Source of the DNA: an uncultured delta proteobacterium | GTDB taxonomy: Bacteria > Desulfobacterota > RBG-13-43-22 | Direction: 5' to 3' | Assembly: GCA_963790475.1 (NCBI GenBank) | Contig: CAWBOS010000015.1 | Location: 64,001 to 128,000, forward strand | Length of the DNA: 64,000 nucleotides | In this document: positions 21,423 through 31,557 of the stretch, one piece after another | Position numbering within the stretch: the first letter of the stretch is position 1 | How the letters are laid out: each line of letters opens with the position of its first letter | The notes under the pieces: model-generated | What the model was told of the DNA's origin: nothing | Seen by the model: the letters and a program-made list of their open reading frames with translations, nothing else | The model's database searches: none | Made by a program: the position numbers and the translations under genes

Positions 21423-22676
21423 TCAGCGATTCTCCTCCAATTGCTCTATAAAAGCCTCAATATTGGTCTTGGTTTGCTCGTCGGAAACCAGCCGCAGGTC
21501 GTTTAAATCCCCATTGATCGTCAGACTCGGGATCCCGGTCGCTTCCTCGATTCTTTGGGGCATACCGTAACGGCAATTGGAATTGTTGGGGCAGGTCTTG
21601 GCATCATGGAAGATAATCCCATCCACCTTGAAAAAATCCATCATTTTCTTGATGTAGATCTCCTTGAAATGGTCGGAGCGAACGATAAACAACTCCGTAT
21701 AAGCCCTGGCCATGCTGTTAAAGGGATCCTCCGGTTCGAAAGCGGTAAAGATCCAACTGTTGCAATAGGTGGAGGCCAATACATTGGTTCGTAGTTCGGA
21801 AAAAAGATTGGAGTGGGCGCTCAGCCTGCCCCAAACCGGCATACCATCCCAATACAATCTGAATTTTTCATTTTCCACGGCGCCCACGCCGTTTTTGATC
21901 CGCTCCTTGAGTTCCGCTAATAATAACCGGTAGTATTCGACTGCCGCCCGGGTTCCTCTCAAAACAACCGCCGGTCCCATATGAATGGTCCCGTCAAAAA
22001 AAGTGATCGGAGAGGGAACGGCCGAGGCCGTATCCAGCACTTCCTTCCACAGGTCGGAACAGGTTCTGGATAAGGCCAGGACCTCTTTCATCTCGTCCAA
22101 ATCAAATTTTTTACCCGATATTTCCGACAAGGGTTCTATGAGCTTTTCCATTTGTCGGGCAATGGACTGAACGTGGGCCTCGGTCACCTCATTCACCCCG
22201 CAATGGGTGGTAATCCCCAGCAGCGGAACATTGAGCCTTCGGGCATACCAGGAAAACCAGTCCTGCACATCCCGGCATTGATTGGTATTGAAAACCAGAA
22301 CGTCGGGTTTGGGGACTTGTTCAATCCCTGGGTAGGCTTTGGACAAGGGCGTAACCCCCTTGAGATAGGCCCCTATATCTGCGGTCAGATAAGAACAGAT
22401 ATCCGGAGAATATCCGATGGCATTGGCCTCGGGGATAAAATCTGTGGCCAAACGTGTGGACCCGAGCATGGCCCCGTGATTTTCCGGAAAGTGGACCAGA
22501 AAGCCCAGGGCCCTTAAAATTTCGGCCGGTCCGACACTGGTACACCAGGCAATCTTTTGCTCGCCGGTCTTTGAGGCCCGGTCCAGTTGATAAAAATATT
22601 CAGACATAATCCGGTTCATCTCAGCGGTGGCTTCGATTTTTTTTCGTATCGGTTTTTTCTTCTCTTCCATAGTCAT
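21423..22676 (-). CDS. 2-hydroxyacyl-CoA dehydratase / benzoyl-CoA reductase-like subunit (HgdD family)
   Basis: FPENHGA, YSPDICSY, NTNQC, VDGIIFHDAKTC, TNIEAFIEQL. Confidence 0.88.
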   Translation of the reverse strand: MTMEEKKKPIRKKIEATAEMNRIMSEYFYQLDRASKTGEQKIAWCTSVGPAEILRALGFLVHFPENHGAMLGSTRLATDFIPEANAIGYSPDICSYLTADIGAYLKGVTPLSKAYPGIEQVPKPDVLVFNTNQCRDVQDWFSWYARRLNVPLLGITTHCGVNEVTEAHVQSIARQMEKLIEPLSEISGKKFDLDEMKEVLALSRTCSDLWKEVLDTASAVPSPITFFDGTIHMGPAVVLRGTRAAVEYYRLLLAELKERIKNGVGAVENEKFRLYWDGMPVWGRLSAHSNLFSELRTNVLASTYCNSWIFTAFEPEDPFNSMARAYTELFIVRSDHFKEIYIKKMMDFFKVDGIIFHDAKTCPNNSNCRYGMPQRIEEATGIPSLTINGDLNDLRLVSDEQTKTNIEAFIEQLEENR

Positions 22677-22696
22677 TTCCTTATCTCTTTTCTTTG

Positions 22697-22850
22697 GAGA
22701 CCTCTGAAAAATATTCAATTTTGTCCAAGTTCAAGGAAGACGATCCCGCAAAAGGCGGGATTAACCACAGGCATACATTTAGTATTTCGAGGATTAAAAT
22801 TTGAGTCTGAGGCAGAGATCGGGCAAAAGGGGATGTTTTTCAAGCGTCTC
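22697..22850. mobile_element. MITE-like element, copy 1 (about 154 bp)
   Basis: Termini GAGACCTCTGAAAAAT ... GTTTTTCAAGCGTCTC; internal ATCCCGC-AAAAG-GCGGGAT hairpin; closely similar to 62069-62221. Confidence 0.85.
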
Positions 22851-23626
22851 CCTCCATGGCATACAAGGCGGCCCCAATAGCCCCGGTCAATTGGGGATGT
22901 TCAGGGACCAGGATCTTTCTTCCAATGATCTCCTCGGTCATGGTCACCAGAAAGGGATTGTGGGCCACCACACCGCCGGTCATGACCACGTTCTCGGTCA
23001 AAGAATCCATTTCCAACACCCTTTTGACGACTGAGAAAAACAATCCTTTGATGATATCGGTTACCTTTTTCCCCTTGCCGGATATTTTCCAGAACCTCGG
23101 TGGCGGAAAAAACCGTACAAAAACTGCCCAGTTTGACCATCTCTCGGGATTGGCGGGCCAGAGCGTCCATTTCCTCTATGGGGATATTCAGCCGCAGGGA
23201 CATTTCTTCCAGAAAAGCGCCGGTGCCGGCGGCGCACTTTCGGTTCATTTTGAAATTGATCCTTCGTCCTTTTTCATCCAGCTTGATAATCTTATTGTCC
23301 TGCCCTCCGATATCGATGATGGTTATGGGCTTGGGGAAATAAAGAAAACATCCTCGGGAATGACATCCGATTTCCGTTTTATCGGCCTTGGCAAAAGAGA
23401 CATTCTTCCGGCCATATCCAGTGGAAACCGCATTAACCATTTGGTTTCTTGAAACCCCGGCCATTTCCAGAGAGGCGGCCAGGCAGCGATCGGCCACTAA
23501 AGTAAAATCCGTACCTGATTTCTCTACCGAGTACCCGAGCAAATTTTTGTTGGGACCGAGAACGACGGCTTTGGCCCTCGACGCCCCCACATCCACTCCT
23601 ACGAAAACAGGCTTTGCACTGGTCAT
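22840..23626 (-). CDS. Acyl-CoA dehydratase activase (HgdC/BadG ATPase), frameshift near 23070
   Basis: VGVDVGAS, STGYGR, IDIGGQDNK, MNRKCAAGTGAFLE, CTVF; second frame carries MTGGV and GAIGAAL. Confidence 0.9.
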
Positions 23627-23808
23627 TTAATCTTTGCCAAAATACCCAAATTTTTGGTTGTTTAGAATTTTTTCCTAATTTATTGAACAGACCTTGTTTT
23701 TTAACATAAAGAACTTAAAATAGAAAGGGATTGGAGGTCAAGGAGAATTTAGAGCGAAAGAATTTAAAAAGTCTTGTTCCTTCCCTTCAGATATGGTAGC
23801 TATCCAAA

Positions 23809-25178
23809 ATGCCTAAAACAGAATCCCTCAAAAGGCATCCTGACTGAGATTGCCGCTTTTTTCGCCTCGGTTAAACTGGCCCTGGTCCTTCTCATTACTC
23901 TGGCCATAACCTCTATCCTGGGGACTGTTCTACCCCAAGGGGAACCCATGGCCTTTTATGATCAGGGTTATAGCCCGATAACCGGCAAACTGATTCGCTT
24001 TTTTCAGCTTTATGATATGTATCATTCCTGGTGGTTTCAATGGGTTTTGCTTTTGTTGACCATTAATTTGCTGGTCTGTTCTCTGAAGCGGTTTTCTTCT
24101 ACCTGGAAAGTGGTCAACGCCCCTTCCCGCTCCGTCTCCGATCATTTATTTGAAACCCTTCATTTCCACCGGAAATTCTCTTTCCAAGACCAGCCCGCAG
24201 ATTCCCGAGGCCTGGGTTCAATCCCTGTTGGGCCGGCATTTTGGAAAACCTGTCTCTCTTTCGGCTCCCCAGGGATCGGCTTTTTACCTGGAGAAGGGTC
24301 GATTCAGCCGATTCGGGGTCTATCTGGTCCATTTAAGCGTCCTGGTCATTTTTATGGGGGCCATCATCGGTTCCCTTTACGGCTTTAAAGGCTTTCTGGA
24401 ACTTAAGGAAGGGGAGAGTAAAGACCAAATTTTCATCAAGGGTCCCCAACCCCTTAAGAAAAAGAATTGGGGTTTTCCGTGCGGCTGGATCGCTTTACCC
24501 TGGCCTCTTACCCCAATGGGATGCCCAAGGAATATCGTTCGGATCTGAGTGTCTGGGAACAGGGATTGGAAAAAATGAAGGCCTCTGTCCGGGTTAATGA
24601 TCCTTTTACCTATAAAGGAATTACTTTTTATCAATCCTCCTGGGATCAGTTTCCCATCTCAATCAAACTGTCTTTAATAAAAGGCGGACAGGAATCGGAA
24701 TTAGAGATCAAGATGGATGAAAGAGTCCAGATACCCGGAACGCCTTTCTCCTTACAGGATAGTCCGATACGTTAACAACATGGGTAATCTGGGACCGGCC
24801 TTGGGAGTGATCTTGTTTAAGGATCAGGAAGAAATCGATCAGGGTTGGATACTGGCCAATCATCCCGATTTCCACGGCAACCGGCTGGGAGAATTCCAAC
24901 TGAAGGTCAAGGAAATCAAAACCCGGTACGTCTCCGGGTTGCAGGTCAATCGGGACCCCGGGGTCTGGTTTATCTGGATCGGGGCGTCGCTGATGCTCAT
25001 TGGATTTATCATTACTTTTTATTTTTCCCATCAACAGGTCTGGGTCTGGATCCGGAAGGGAAAGGAATCCAAGGGAAAGGACCAATTTGAAATCCTGGTA
25101 GGCGGAACGGCCCACAAAAACCGAGGGGCGTTTGTCCGCAAGATGGAACATTTAACCGAAAAGGTGCAGGGAAGTTGA
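23809..25178 (+). CDS. resB: Cytochrome c biogenesis protein ResB (several frameshifts)
   Basis: FFASVKLA..LL..SILGTVLPQ, YHSWWF, LLVCS, GVYLVHLS, VNDPFTYKGITFYQSS, SGLQVNRDPGV spread over four overlapping ORFs. Confidence 0.88.
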
Positions 25179-25179
25179 G

Positions 25180-26033
25180 ATGAACAGTTCTTTTTTGCTG
25201 AGTTGGGTGACCTTCGGCTACTTTTTTTCAGCCCTTTTTTATCTGATCGCCCTGGTTTTTAAAAAACAGGGTGTCGGCCGAATAGCCGGCTGGGTCATCC
25301 GGATTTTTTTTATCATCCAAACCGGGGCCATCATCTTGCGCTGGGTTGAATCGTATCAGATGGGGATCGGTCATGCTCCGCTTTCCAACCTGTACGAGTC
25401 TCTGATCTTTTTTTCCTGGACCATTGCCCTGATTTATATCTGGATTGAATGGAAAACCAGATCCAGGACCATCGGGGTCTTTGCCACCCCCTTTCGCTTT
25501 TCTGTCTATGGCCTATGCCTCTTTTTCTCCCGATATGAACTACCCGCATCCAGCCCTTGATGCCGGCTTTGCAGAGCAACTGGCTGATTGCCCATGTCAT
25601 CACCTGTTTTTTGGGGTATGCCGCTTTTGCCGTCTCCTGCAGCCTTAGCATCATGTATCTGATCAAAAAACGCCGGTCCGGAAAGAAAACGGGTACCCAG
25701 GGCATTACTTCTTATTTCCCCGGGATTCCGGTCTTGGATGACTTGATTTACCAGATGATCATTGTCGGATTTTTGTTGTTGACGGTGGGCATTGCCACGG
25801 GTTCGATCTGGGCCCATTCAGCCTGGGGGACTTATTGGAGCTGGGACCCCAAAGAAACCTGGTCCTTGATCACCTGGCTGCTTTATGCCGCCTTATTGCA
25901 TGCCCGGATGATTAAAGGCTGGTATGGGACCCGAATCGCCTGGCTTTCGATCATCGGATTTGCCTGTGTGCTTTTCACCTATTTCGGTGTCAATTTTATT
26001 TTATCAGGGCTGCACAGTTACGGAACGGCCTGA
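25180..26033 (+). CDS. ccsA: Cytochrome c biogenesis protein CcsA/ResC (frameshifted near 25490-25550)
   Basis: [43 protein letters not shown]. Confidence 0.92.
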
Positions 26034-26094
26034 TTCGTTAATGACCTGCTCGCCATGATCCTCATGGGCAGGTCAATTTTTGGAGGTTGCTATT

Positions 26095-26445
26095 ATGTTT
26101 GGTATCGGGATGCCGGAATTTTTGTTGATCCTGGTTGTTGCTTTAGTGGTTTTTGGCCCCAAAAAATTGCCCGAACTGGCCAGAACCATAGGAAGGGCCC
26201 TAGCGGAATTTAAAAAGTCAGCCGACGAGCTGAAGGAAAATTTGAATGTGGGGGAAGAGTTTAAAGACGTTCAGAAAGATTTCAAGGATTTGGTGGATCC
26301 CTCCAAGATTCTCTACCCATCTGAAGTCACTCCGCCTCATTCTGAAGTCACGTCGCCTCATCGGGACGACAACCAGGAAAAGCTCGAGATCAAAGCTTTC
26401 CCGGGAACTCCGACGGATCCCTCATCGAAAGCCCCCGATGCCTGA
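26095..26445 (+). CDS. tatB: Twin-arginine translocase TatA/TatB family subunit
   Basis: MFGIGMPE..LVVFGPKKLPELARTIG; lies directly before tatC. Confidence 0.85.
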   Translation: MFGIGMPEFLLILVVALVVFGPKKLPELARTIGRALAEFKKSADELKENLNVGEEFKDVQKDFKDLVDPSKILYPSEVTPPHSEVTSPHRDDNQEKLEIKAFPGTPTDPSSKAPDA

Positions 26446-27190
26446 CGTCAAGATGCCCTTTACCGCCCATCTGGCGGAGCTTCGAAAACGGCTGATCATC
26501 AGCTTTGTCGCCGTCGGAATCGGTTTCTCGGTCGCCTATGCCTTCTCAGCCGAGATTTTTGACTGGCTGGTACAGCCCTTGATCAAGGTCCTGCCTCCGG
26601 GAGACAAATTAGTCTTTACGGCCCTGCCGGAGGCCTTTTTTATTTATTTGAAGGCCAGCTTGATCGCCGGTATCGTCCTGGCCTCCCCGGTTATTTTTTA
26701 TGAATTGTGGATGTTTGTCGCCCCGGGTCTGCTTCAAAAAGAAAAAAGATTCGTTTTGCCTTTTGTAATCATTTCCACACTGTTATTTGTGGCCGGGGCC
26801 TTGTTCGGCTATTACATAGTATTCCCGGTCGGGTTTCGGTTCCTGGTCGGGTTTTCCACCGAAAACATTCGCGCCCTGCCTTCCCTTCAACTGTATCTTT
26901 CTTTTTGCATAAAAATGCTGCTAGGCTTCGGACTGGTCTTTGAATTTCCGGTCCTGGCCTATTTCTTGGGCCGGGCCGGGATCATCAATTCCCGAATGAT
27001 GGCCAAGAACAGACGCATCGCCATTTTACTCATTTTTATCGTTGCCGCTGTTATCACCCCCCCGGACGTCGTTTCCCAGATCCTTCTGGCTGTTCCTCTG
27101 TATGCTCTTTTTGAAGGAAGTATCCTGATCGTTAAATTTACCGGTAAAAAGAAAAAAGAGGAAGAGGGCGAAGAAGAATCTGAAGAATAA
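26438..27190 (+). CDS. tatC: Twin-arginine translocase TatC
   Basis: HLAELRKRL, FVAPGL...EK, FEFP, AAVITPPD. Confidence 0.95.
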   Translation: MPDVKMPFTAHLAELRKRLIISFVAVGIGFSVAYAFSAEIFDWLVQPLIKVLPPGDKLVFTALPEAFFIYLKASLIAGIVLASPVIFYELWMFVAPGLLQKEKRFVLPFVIISTLLFVAGALFGYYIVFPVGFRFLVGFSTENIRALPSLQLYLSFCIKMLLGFGLVFEFPVLAYFLGRAGIINSRMMAKNRRIAILLIFIVAAVITPPDVVSQILLAVPLYALFEGSILIVKFTGKKKKEEEGEEESEE

Positions 27191-27206
27191 GGGGTTATCG
27201 CTGAAC

Positions 27207-28433
27207 CTATTTATACTCCTTATCCAATTCTTGGATAAAATCTTTCAACGTTCGGCCGTCCTGGTTGAAAGTCGCCACCTGATCCTCTTCCGGCGAGGGG
27301 GGGTTAGCAGGTTCGGAAATTCGTTTGACCTCCTTGGCCGTCTGTTTTTGGGAGGGGGTGGAAGGGTCCATGATCGGAGAACGATATTCGATTTCATCGT
27401 TGTTTTCTTGGGAAGGTTGAAAAATATTCACCGGTGGATTCATATTCTTTTGAGACAATAAATATTCCTTTAAGTACCGATCTCTTGTAAACATGCCTTC
27501 CGCTTTCCCCAGTTGAAGGATGTTTTCGATCTGATGCAGTTTGTCTTCCCGAATGGTCCCTTTGACCGACTGATTTCCGCGGAGAATGGAAAGAAGCGGG
27601 ACGCGAAATCCGAATTTTTCAAGATAAATCAAGTCTTGAATGATCAACCAGACCAGGGTCGAAGCCAGACGATTGCGAATATCACTCTGCGCTTCCATGG
27701 GAAAGGCGTTCAAAATGCGGTGAAGGGCCTCCTCGGAAGTGCTGGCATGAAGGGTGGCAATGACCAGGTGACCGGCTTCAGCGATATTCAGGGTCAGCTT
27801 GATGGTTTCCGGGTCCCTGATCTCCCCGACAACAATCACATCAGGATCCTCCCTCAAAACATCCAGCAACCCCTGCTCGAAGGCCGGCATGTGGACTCCC
27901 AATTCCCGTTGTTCGACGAAGGATTTCTTGGAGACCAGCCGATATTCAATAGGGTCTTCAAGGGTGATGATATGATAGGAACAGTTGCGGTTGATTTCAT
28001 CGACCAGAGCGGCAATGGTCGATGTTTTTCCTACACCGGTGGGTCCGCCGATGAGGATCAACCCGGATTTAAGATTACTGATTTCCTTCAGGGAAGGGTG
28101 AAGGTTTAACTGTTCGACCGTAGGTATGTTCCCGGGAAGGAGACGGATCGCCAGACTGAATCCCCGATTGGTACAAAAAATATTGATCCTCAATCGGGCC
28201 TGCTGCAAACCCATGGCGCAATCAATGGACTGGCGCTCTCTGAGCTGATCGATTTGTCTCGGTGACAGGAGATCTTTCACCAAATCATCGACTTCTTCAT
28301 GACTCCATTTAAAGGCCGGTTGAAATTTTAAATCACCGTTAATCCGAAAAGCCGCCGGATGGCCCCCGGTGATATGAACATCGGATACCCCAAAACCCAA
28401 AGCTGACTTGATCAGACTTTCAAACTTCTCCAT
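27207..28433 (-). CDS. pilT: PilT/PilU family type IV pilus retraction ATPase
   Basis: SDVHI, GPTGVGKTST, TLEDPIE, LREDPDVIVVGEIRD, GHLVIATLH. Confidence 0.9.
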   Translation of the reverse strand: MEKFESLIKSALGFGVSDVHITGGHPAAFRINGDLKFQPAFKWSHEEVDDLVKDLLSPRQIDQLRERQSIDCAMGLQQARLRINIFCTNRGFSLAIRLLPGNIPTVEQLNLHPSLKEISNLKSGLILIGGPTGVGKTSTIAALVDEINRNCSYHIITLEDPIEYRLVSKKSFVEQRELGVHMPAFEQGLLDVLREDPDVIVVGEIRDPETIKLTLNIAEAGHLVIATLHASTSEEALHRILNAFPMEAQSDIRNRLASTLVWLIIQDLIYLEKFGFRVPLLSILRGNQSVKGTIREDKLHQIENILQLGKAEGMFTRDRYLKEYLLSQKNMNPPVNIFQPSQENNDEIEYRSPIMDPSTPSQKQTAKEVKRISEPANPPSPEEDQVATFNQDGRTLKDFIQELDKEYK

Positions 28434-28571
28434 AGCCCGATTGACCTCTATCTTGTTTTTCCACGACTTCTTTATCCGCTCAAGAATATACCCAGAGGTA
28501 ACCCTTCGGAGAAGGCCATTTTTTAAGCGGGGATGATCCTTGCCGGCCTTCTCCTGGTTTCTTCCTTCTAA

Positions 28572-28865
28572 TTATACAGAGGCCAATTCCTCCATAATGG
28601 TTACTTCCGTTTTCCCGGCGAACAGCTCAGCGGCCTTGGCCGAAAAGGCCTTAAAATGGGGGGTTGAGGAATGGATACCTAAGCTTTCTTTATCTTTATA
28701 GCGTTCCAGAATGACTAAGGTATAGGGATCTTTTTTGGAAACGTTCAGGGTATAGGACAGGGTCCCTTCTTCTTTAGCCACTTCCTTCATTAATTCTTTG
28801 AAGGCTTCGATGGCTTCATTCAGTTTTTCTTCTTTAACCGGGATCTTGGCAACAATGGATATCAT
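28572..28865 (-). CDS. Antibiotic biosynthesis monooxygenase (ABM) family protein
   Basis: EEGTLSY, ERYKD, HSSTPHF; 97 aa. Confidence 0.85.
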   Translation of the reverse strand: MISIVAKIPVKEEKLNEAIEAFKELMKEVAKEEGTLSYTLNVSKKDPYTLVILERYKDKESLGIHSSTPHFKAFSAKAAELFAGKTEVTIMEELASV

Positions 28866-29039
28866 AGACTGTTCTCCTTTTTTAAAATTCTTATTCGATA
28901 GCCTTTTATCTTAGATTGTTAGTTAATTGGTGTCAAAGGAAAAAACTTTAGGGAAGAAAATGCAGGTATTACGATCGGCCACTTAATAAGACCACAGGGG
29001 AACCAACCCTTTTGGCCGATCGGTCTCTTCCTTGAAGAA

Positions 29040-30125
29040 TTAGATAATGGTTGCGGTTACCCTGTTGCGGCCTGCTGCCTTAGAGTCATATAAGGCTTTA
29101 TCCGCCGACTGCAAAAGCTTTTCAGCGCTGTCACTATCTTCGGAAGGAATAATGGTAGCCACTCCCAGGCTGAGAGTGACTGAATCGCCCACCTCCGAGG
29201 CTGCATGCTCCCAGTTCATCTCGAACACCGCCTCACGAATTTTCTCAGCCAAATGATACGCCCCTTCGAAAGGGGAATTCGGTAAAAGGATCCCGAATTC
29301 CTCACCGCCGTATCTGGCTACCAGATCGGCGGGGCGATGCACACTTTCCTTGATGCAGGCCGCAACCGCCTTCAGGCAGTCATCTCCCAGTTGGTGTCCA
29401 TAATGATCGTTGTAGCGTTTAAAAAAATCGATATCGCAAAGGATCAAAGAGAAGGGTTGCTTTTCCCTTTTCATCCGCAGCCATTCCTCCTCGAACCTTT
29501 CATCAAAAATGCGCCGGTTGGCCACCTGGGTCAATCCATCAATGGCCGCCAGTTGTTCCAATTCCTTATTGGCCTTCTCCAGGGCTTCCTGGTAACGTTT
29601 TCGCTCCGTAATGTCCTTGAATTGTTCAACCAGACCTACAAGTTCACCTGCCAATCCGAACAAAGGCATCGCCGTCAACAGAAAGGGTACCTTCCGGCCG
29701 TTGCCGATCTCCCGTTGCTCATCCATTTCCACCCGCTGCTTTTTCGTCCGTATTTGTTCCAGCGGGCATTTAGGCGTTTGACAAATCCGGGAGGGAAACA
29801 AGTCAAAACACTTCCTGGATAGGGCAGCCTCTTTCTCCTTGAGCCCGAGAAGATTTAAAAAGGCCTTGTTGACGCGGACAACACGGTACCGTTCGTTGAT
29901 GACCCAAGTGGCATCGCCGACCGAGTTGAATATCTGTTCGAATTCCAAACGGGCGATCTCCACCTCCATCGTCAACGTGTTGACCCGGGCAATGGTCTCC
30001 TCAAACAGGTCGGAAAGAGCGCGATTTTCTTCCCGGAGATCAGTCAGCTGTTGTTCCGCTGTTTGTTGGTTATTTAAGTCTGGCCCGGAAGGGGACTGTC
30101 CAGCATTGGAGGGGTTATTGTCCAA
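29040..30125 (-). CDS. PAS-domain diguanylate cyclase
   Basis: DITERK, DGLTQVANRR, DIDFFK.YND.YGH..GD, RPAD I-site, YGGEEF. Start uncertain. Confidence 0.93.
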   Translation of the reverse strand: MDNNPSNAGQSPSGPDLNNQQTAEQQLTDLREENRALSDLFEETIARVNTLTMEVEIARLEFEQIFNSVGDATWVINERYRVVRVNKAFLNLLGLKEKEAALSRKCFDLFPSRICQTPKCPLEQIRTKKQRVEMDEQREIGNGRKVPFLLTAMPLFGLAGELVGLVEQFKDITERKRYQEALEKANKELEQLAAIDGLTQVANRRIFDERFEEEWLRMKREKQPFSLILCDIDFFKRYNDHYGHQLGDDCLKAVAACIKESVHRPADLVARYGGEEFGILLPNSPFEGAYHLAEKIREAVFEMNWEHAASEVGDSVTLSLGVATIIPSEDSDSAEKLLQSADKALYDSKAAGRNRVTATII

Positions 30126-30511
30126 GTCTCACCACCAACATGTTGATCATTTATCCATCTTTTTTCAGAGGAGTTTCCGGCAAACCTTCCAACCCCTATG
30201 AAGCTGGTAAATCTTGGATCGAGTCCAGGGCAGGCGCAGGTCTCCATCTTGATAGTAGCTGGGCTGGATTCCGGCTGGAGTTTCTCCCGCACGTAATGCG
30301 GGACCAGAATGATATTTTGTGAATCTTAGACAAGAAGATACAGGAAATTATAAAACGGAAAAGGATCAGGGGTCAAGGATAAAAGCGGGCAGAATTTTTT
30401 TCATTTTTTTTGGAAAACCTTGAAAAACTTGCTTTTGGATACAAAAAGTATAAAATAATAAGTAAGGTCAAAAAGAAAATGAAAAGAAGATAAATCCCTT
30501 AACGTATCGAC

Positions 30512-31060
30512 ATGAATGATATCAGTATGCTTTTGGATGCGGTTTTAGTCCCCGAGGCCGGGTTCTTCCTGGTTTTCCTCATCTTTTTTATTCTTCTCTG
30601 GATTATCTTACGGCGAATAAAAGGTCTGGGGAGTACGATGGCGGTTTTGGAATTGGGACAACTGGAGTTCTATTTCCAATCCTCGGAAATTCGGAAATGT
30701 CGACTGCGTTCGATAACAACGGAACGGACGGACATGAAGGCCCTTCAGGCCCGGTCCAGTGAACTTCTTAATTTTTTCGACCGAATCGGATTTTTAGTTC
30801 AAAAGGGGACCCTCCCCAAAAAAGAAATGTGGCAGTCTTTTGGAACCCCGATCCTGGGATACTTCAGCTTCTTGGTTCCTTTTATCCAGTGGTTGCGGAC
30901 TGAAGAAAGGGACCCTGAATTATATCTGTATTTTGAAGACCTCAACGAGGCCGTTTACCGCTTAAATTACAAAATGGATCGAAAACAGGCCCATCCCCTG
31001 ATGGAAGAAAAAGAATTAAAGCGGTTTATAGAAGAAGAAAAAGCGGCCCTTTCAGATTAA
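30512..31060 (+). CDS. Hypothetical membrane-anchored protein
   Basis: N-terminal TM helix then helical domain with LLNFFDRIGFLV and YLYFEDL (DUF4760-like, weak). Confidence 0.65.
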   Translation: MNDISMLLDAVLVPEAGFFLVFLIFFILLWIILRRIKGLGSTMAVLELGQLEFYFQSSEIRKCRLRSITTERTDMKALQARSSELLNFFDRIGFLVQKGTLPKKEMWQSFGTPILGYFSFLVPFIQWLRTEERDPELYLYFEDLNEAVYRLNYKMDRKQAHPLMEEKELKRFIEEEKAALSD

Positions 31061-31138
31061 CCGCAATAATGCAAAAACCGGGAAAGAGGAAAACTTACTA
31101 CGAATTCGTTATCTTATATTTCGCGGTGAAATAATAGA

Positions 31139-31495
31139 GTGGTTTTACTGGAGAGATTGTCTTTGGCCAACCCCGACTTCCAATTCGGAAATCCGGACCG
31201 AAGAAGGTCCCCCCGAATTCCAGTGGGGGTTACCATCTTTATTCCCCATCTTCAAACAAAATTGATCTGTAATAACTTATCAATGATGGGCTGTTTTTTC
31301 CCTGCTTTCGATTTGGGCCCAGTTGGAGAAACCTTTTCCCTGGTGATCGACCCTCCGGATATTGGATTAATCTCTGTAGAAGCCCGGATCGTTCATAAAG
31401 GAGAGGATGGAAAAGGATCCGGTTTCCAATTTATTTCTATGGATCCGGGGCATGAGAGAAAACTTTCCTTTTTTTTAGATATTTTTAAGACCTGA
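31139..31495 (+). CDS. PilZ domain protein
   Basis: DRRRSPR and NLSMMGCF motifs; GFQF. Confidence 0.82.
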   Translation: MVLLERLSLANPDFQFGNPDRRRSPRIPVGVTIFIPHLQTKLICNNLSMMGCFFPAFDLGPVGETFSLVIDPPDIGLISVEARIVHKGEDGKGSGFQFISMDPGHERKLSFFLDIFKT

Positions 31496-31557
31496 TTACC
31501 CGTCTTAATCCCGGTAAAGATACTTACTGAAGTCCCGCGGCGGTTCCCACCGACCTC

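Noticed and set aside
22587-22880. Short ORFs sharing AGLTT.IHLVFRGLKFES (also 62093-62317)
   Set aside because: They are translations of the MITE-like repeat, not a protein family.
26324-26362. Tandem CTGAAGTCAC..CGCCTCAT repeat in tatB
   Set aside because: Ordinary 21-nt duplication in a disordered tail (SEVTPPH/SEVTSPH).
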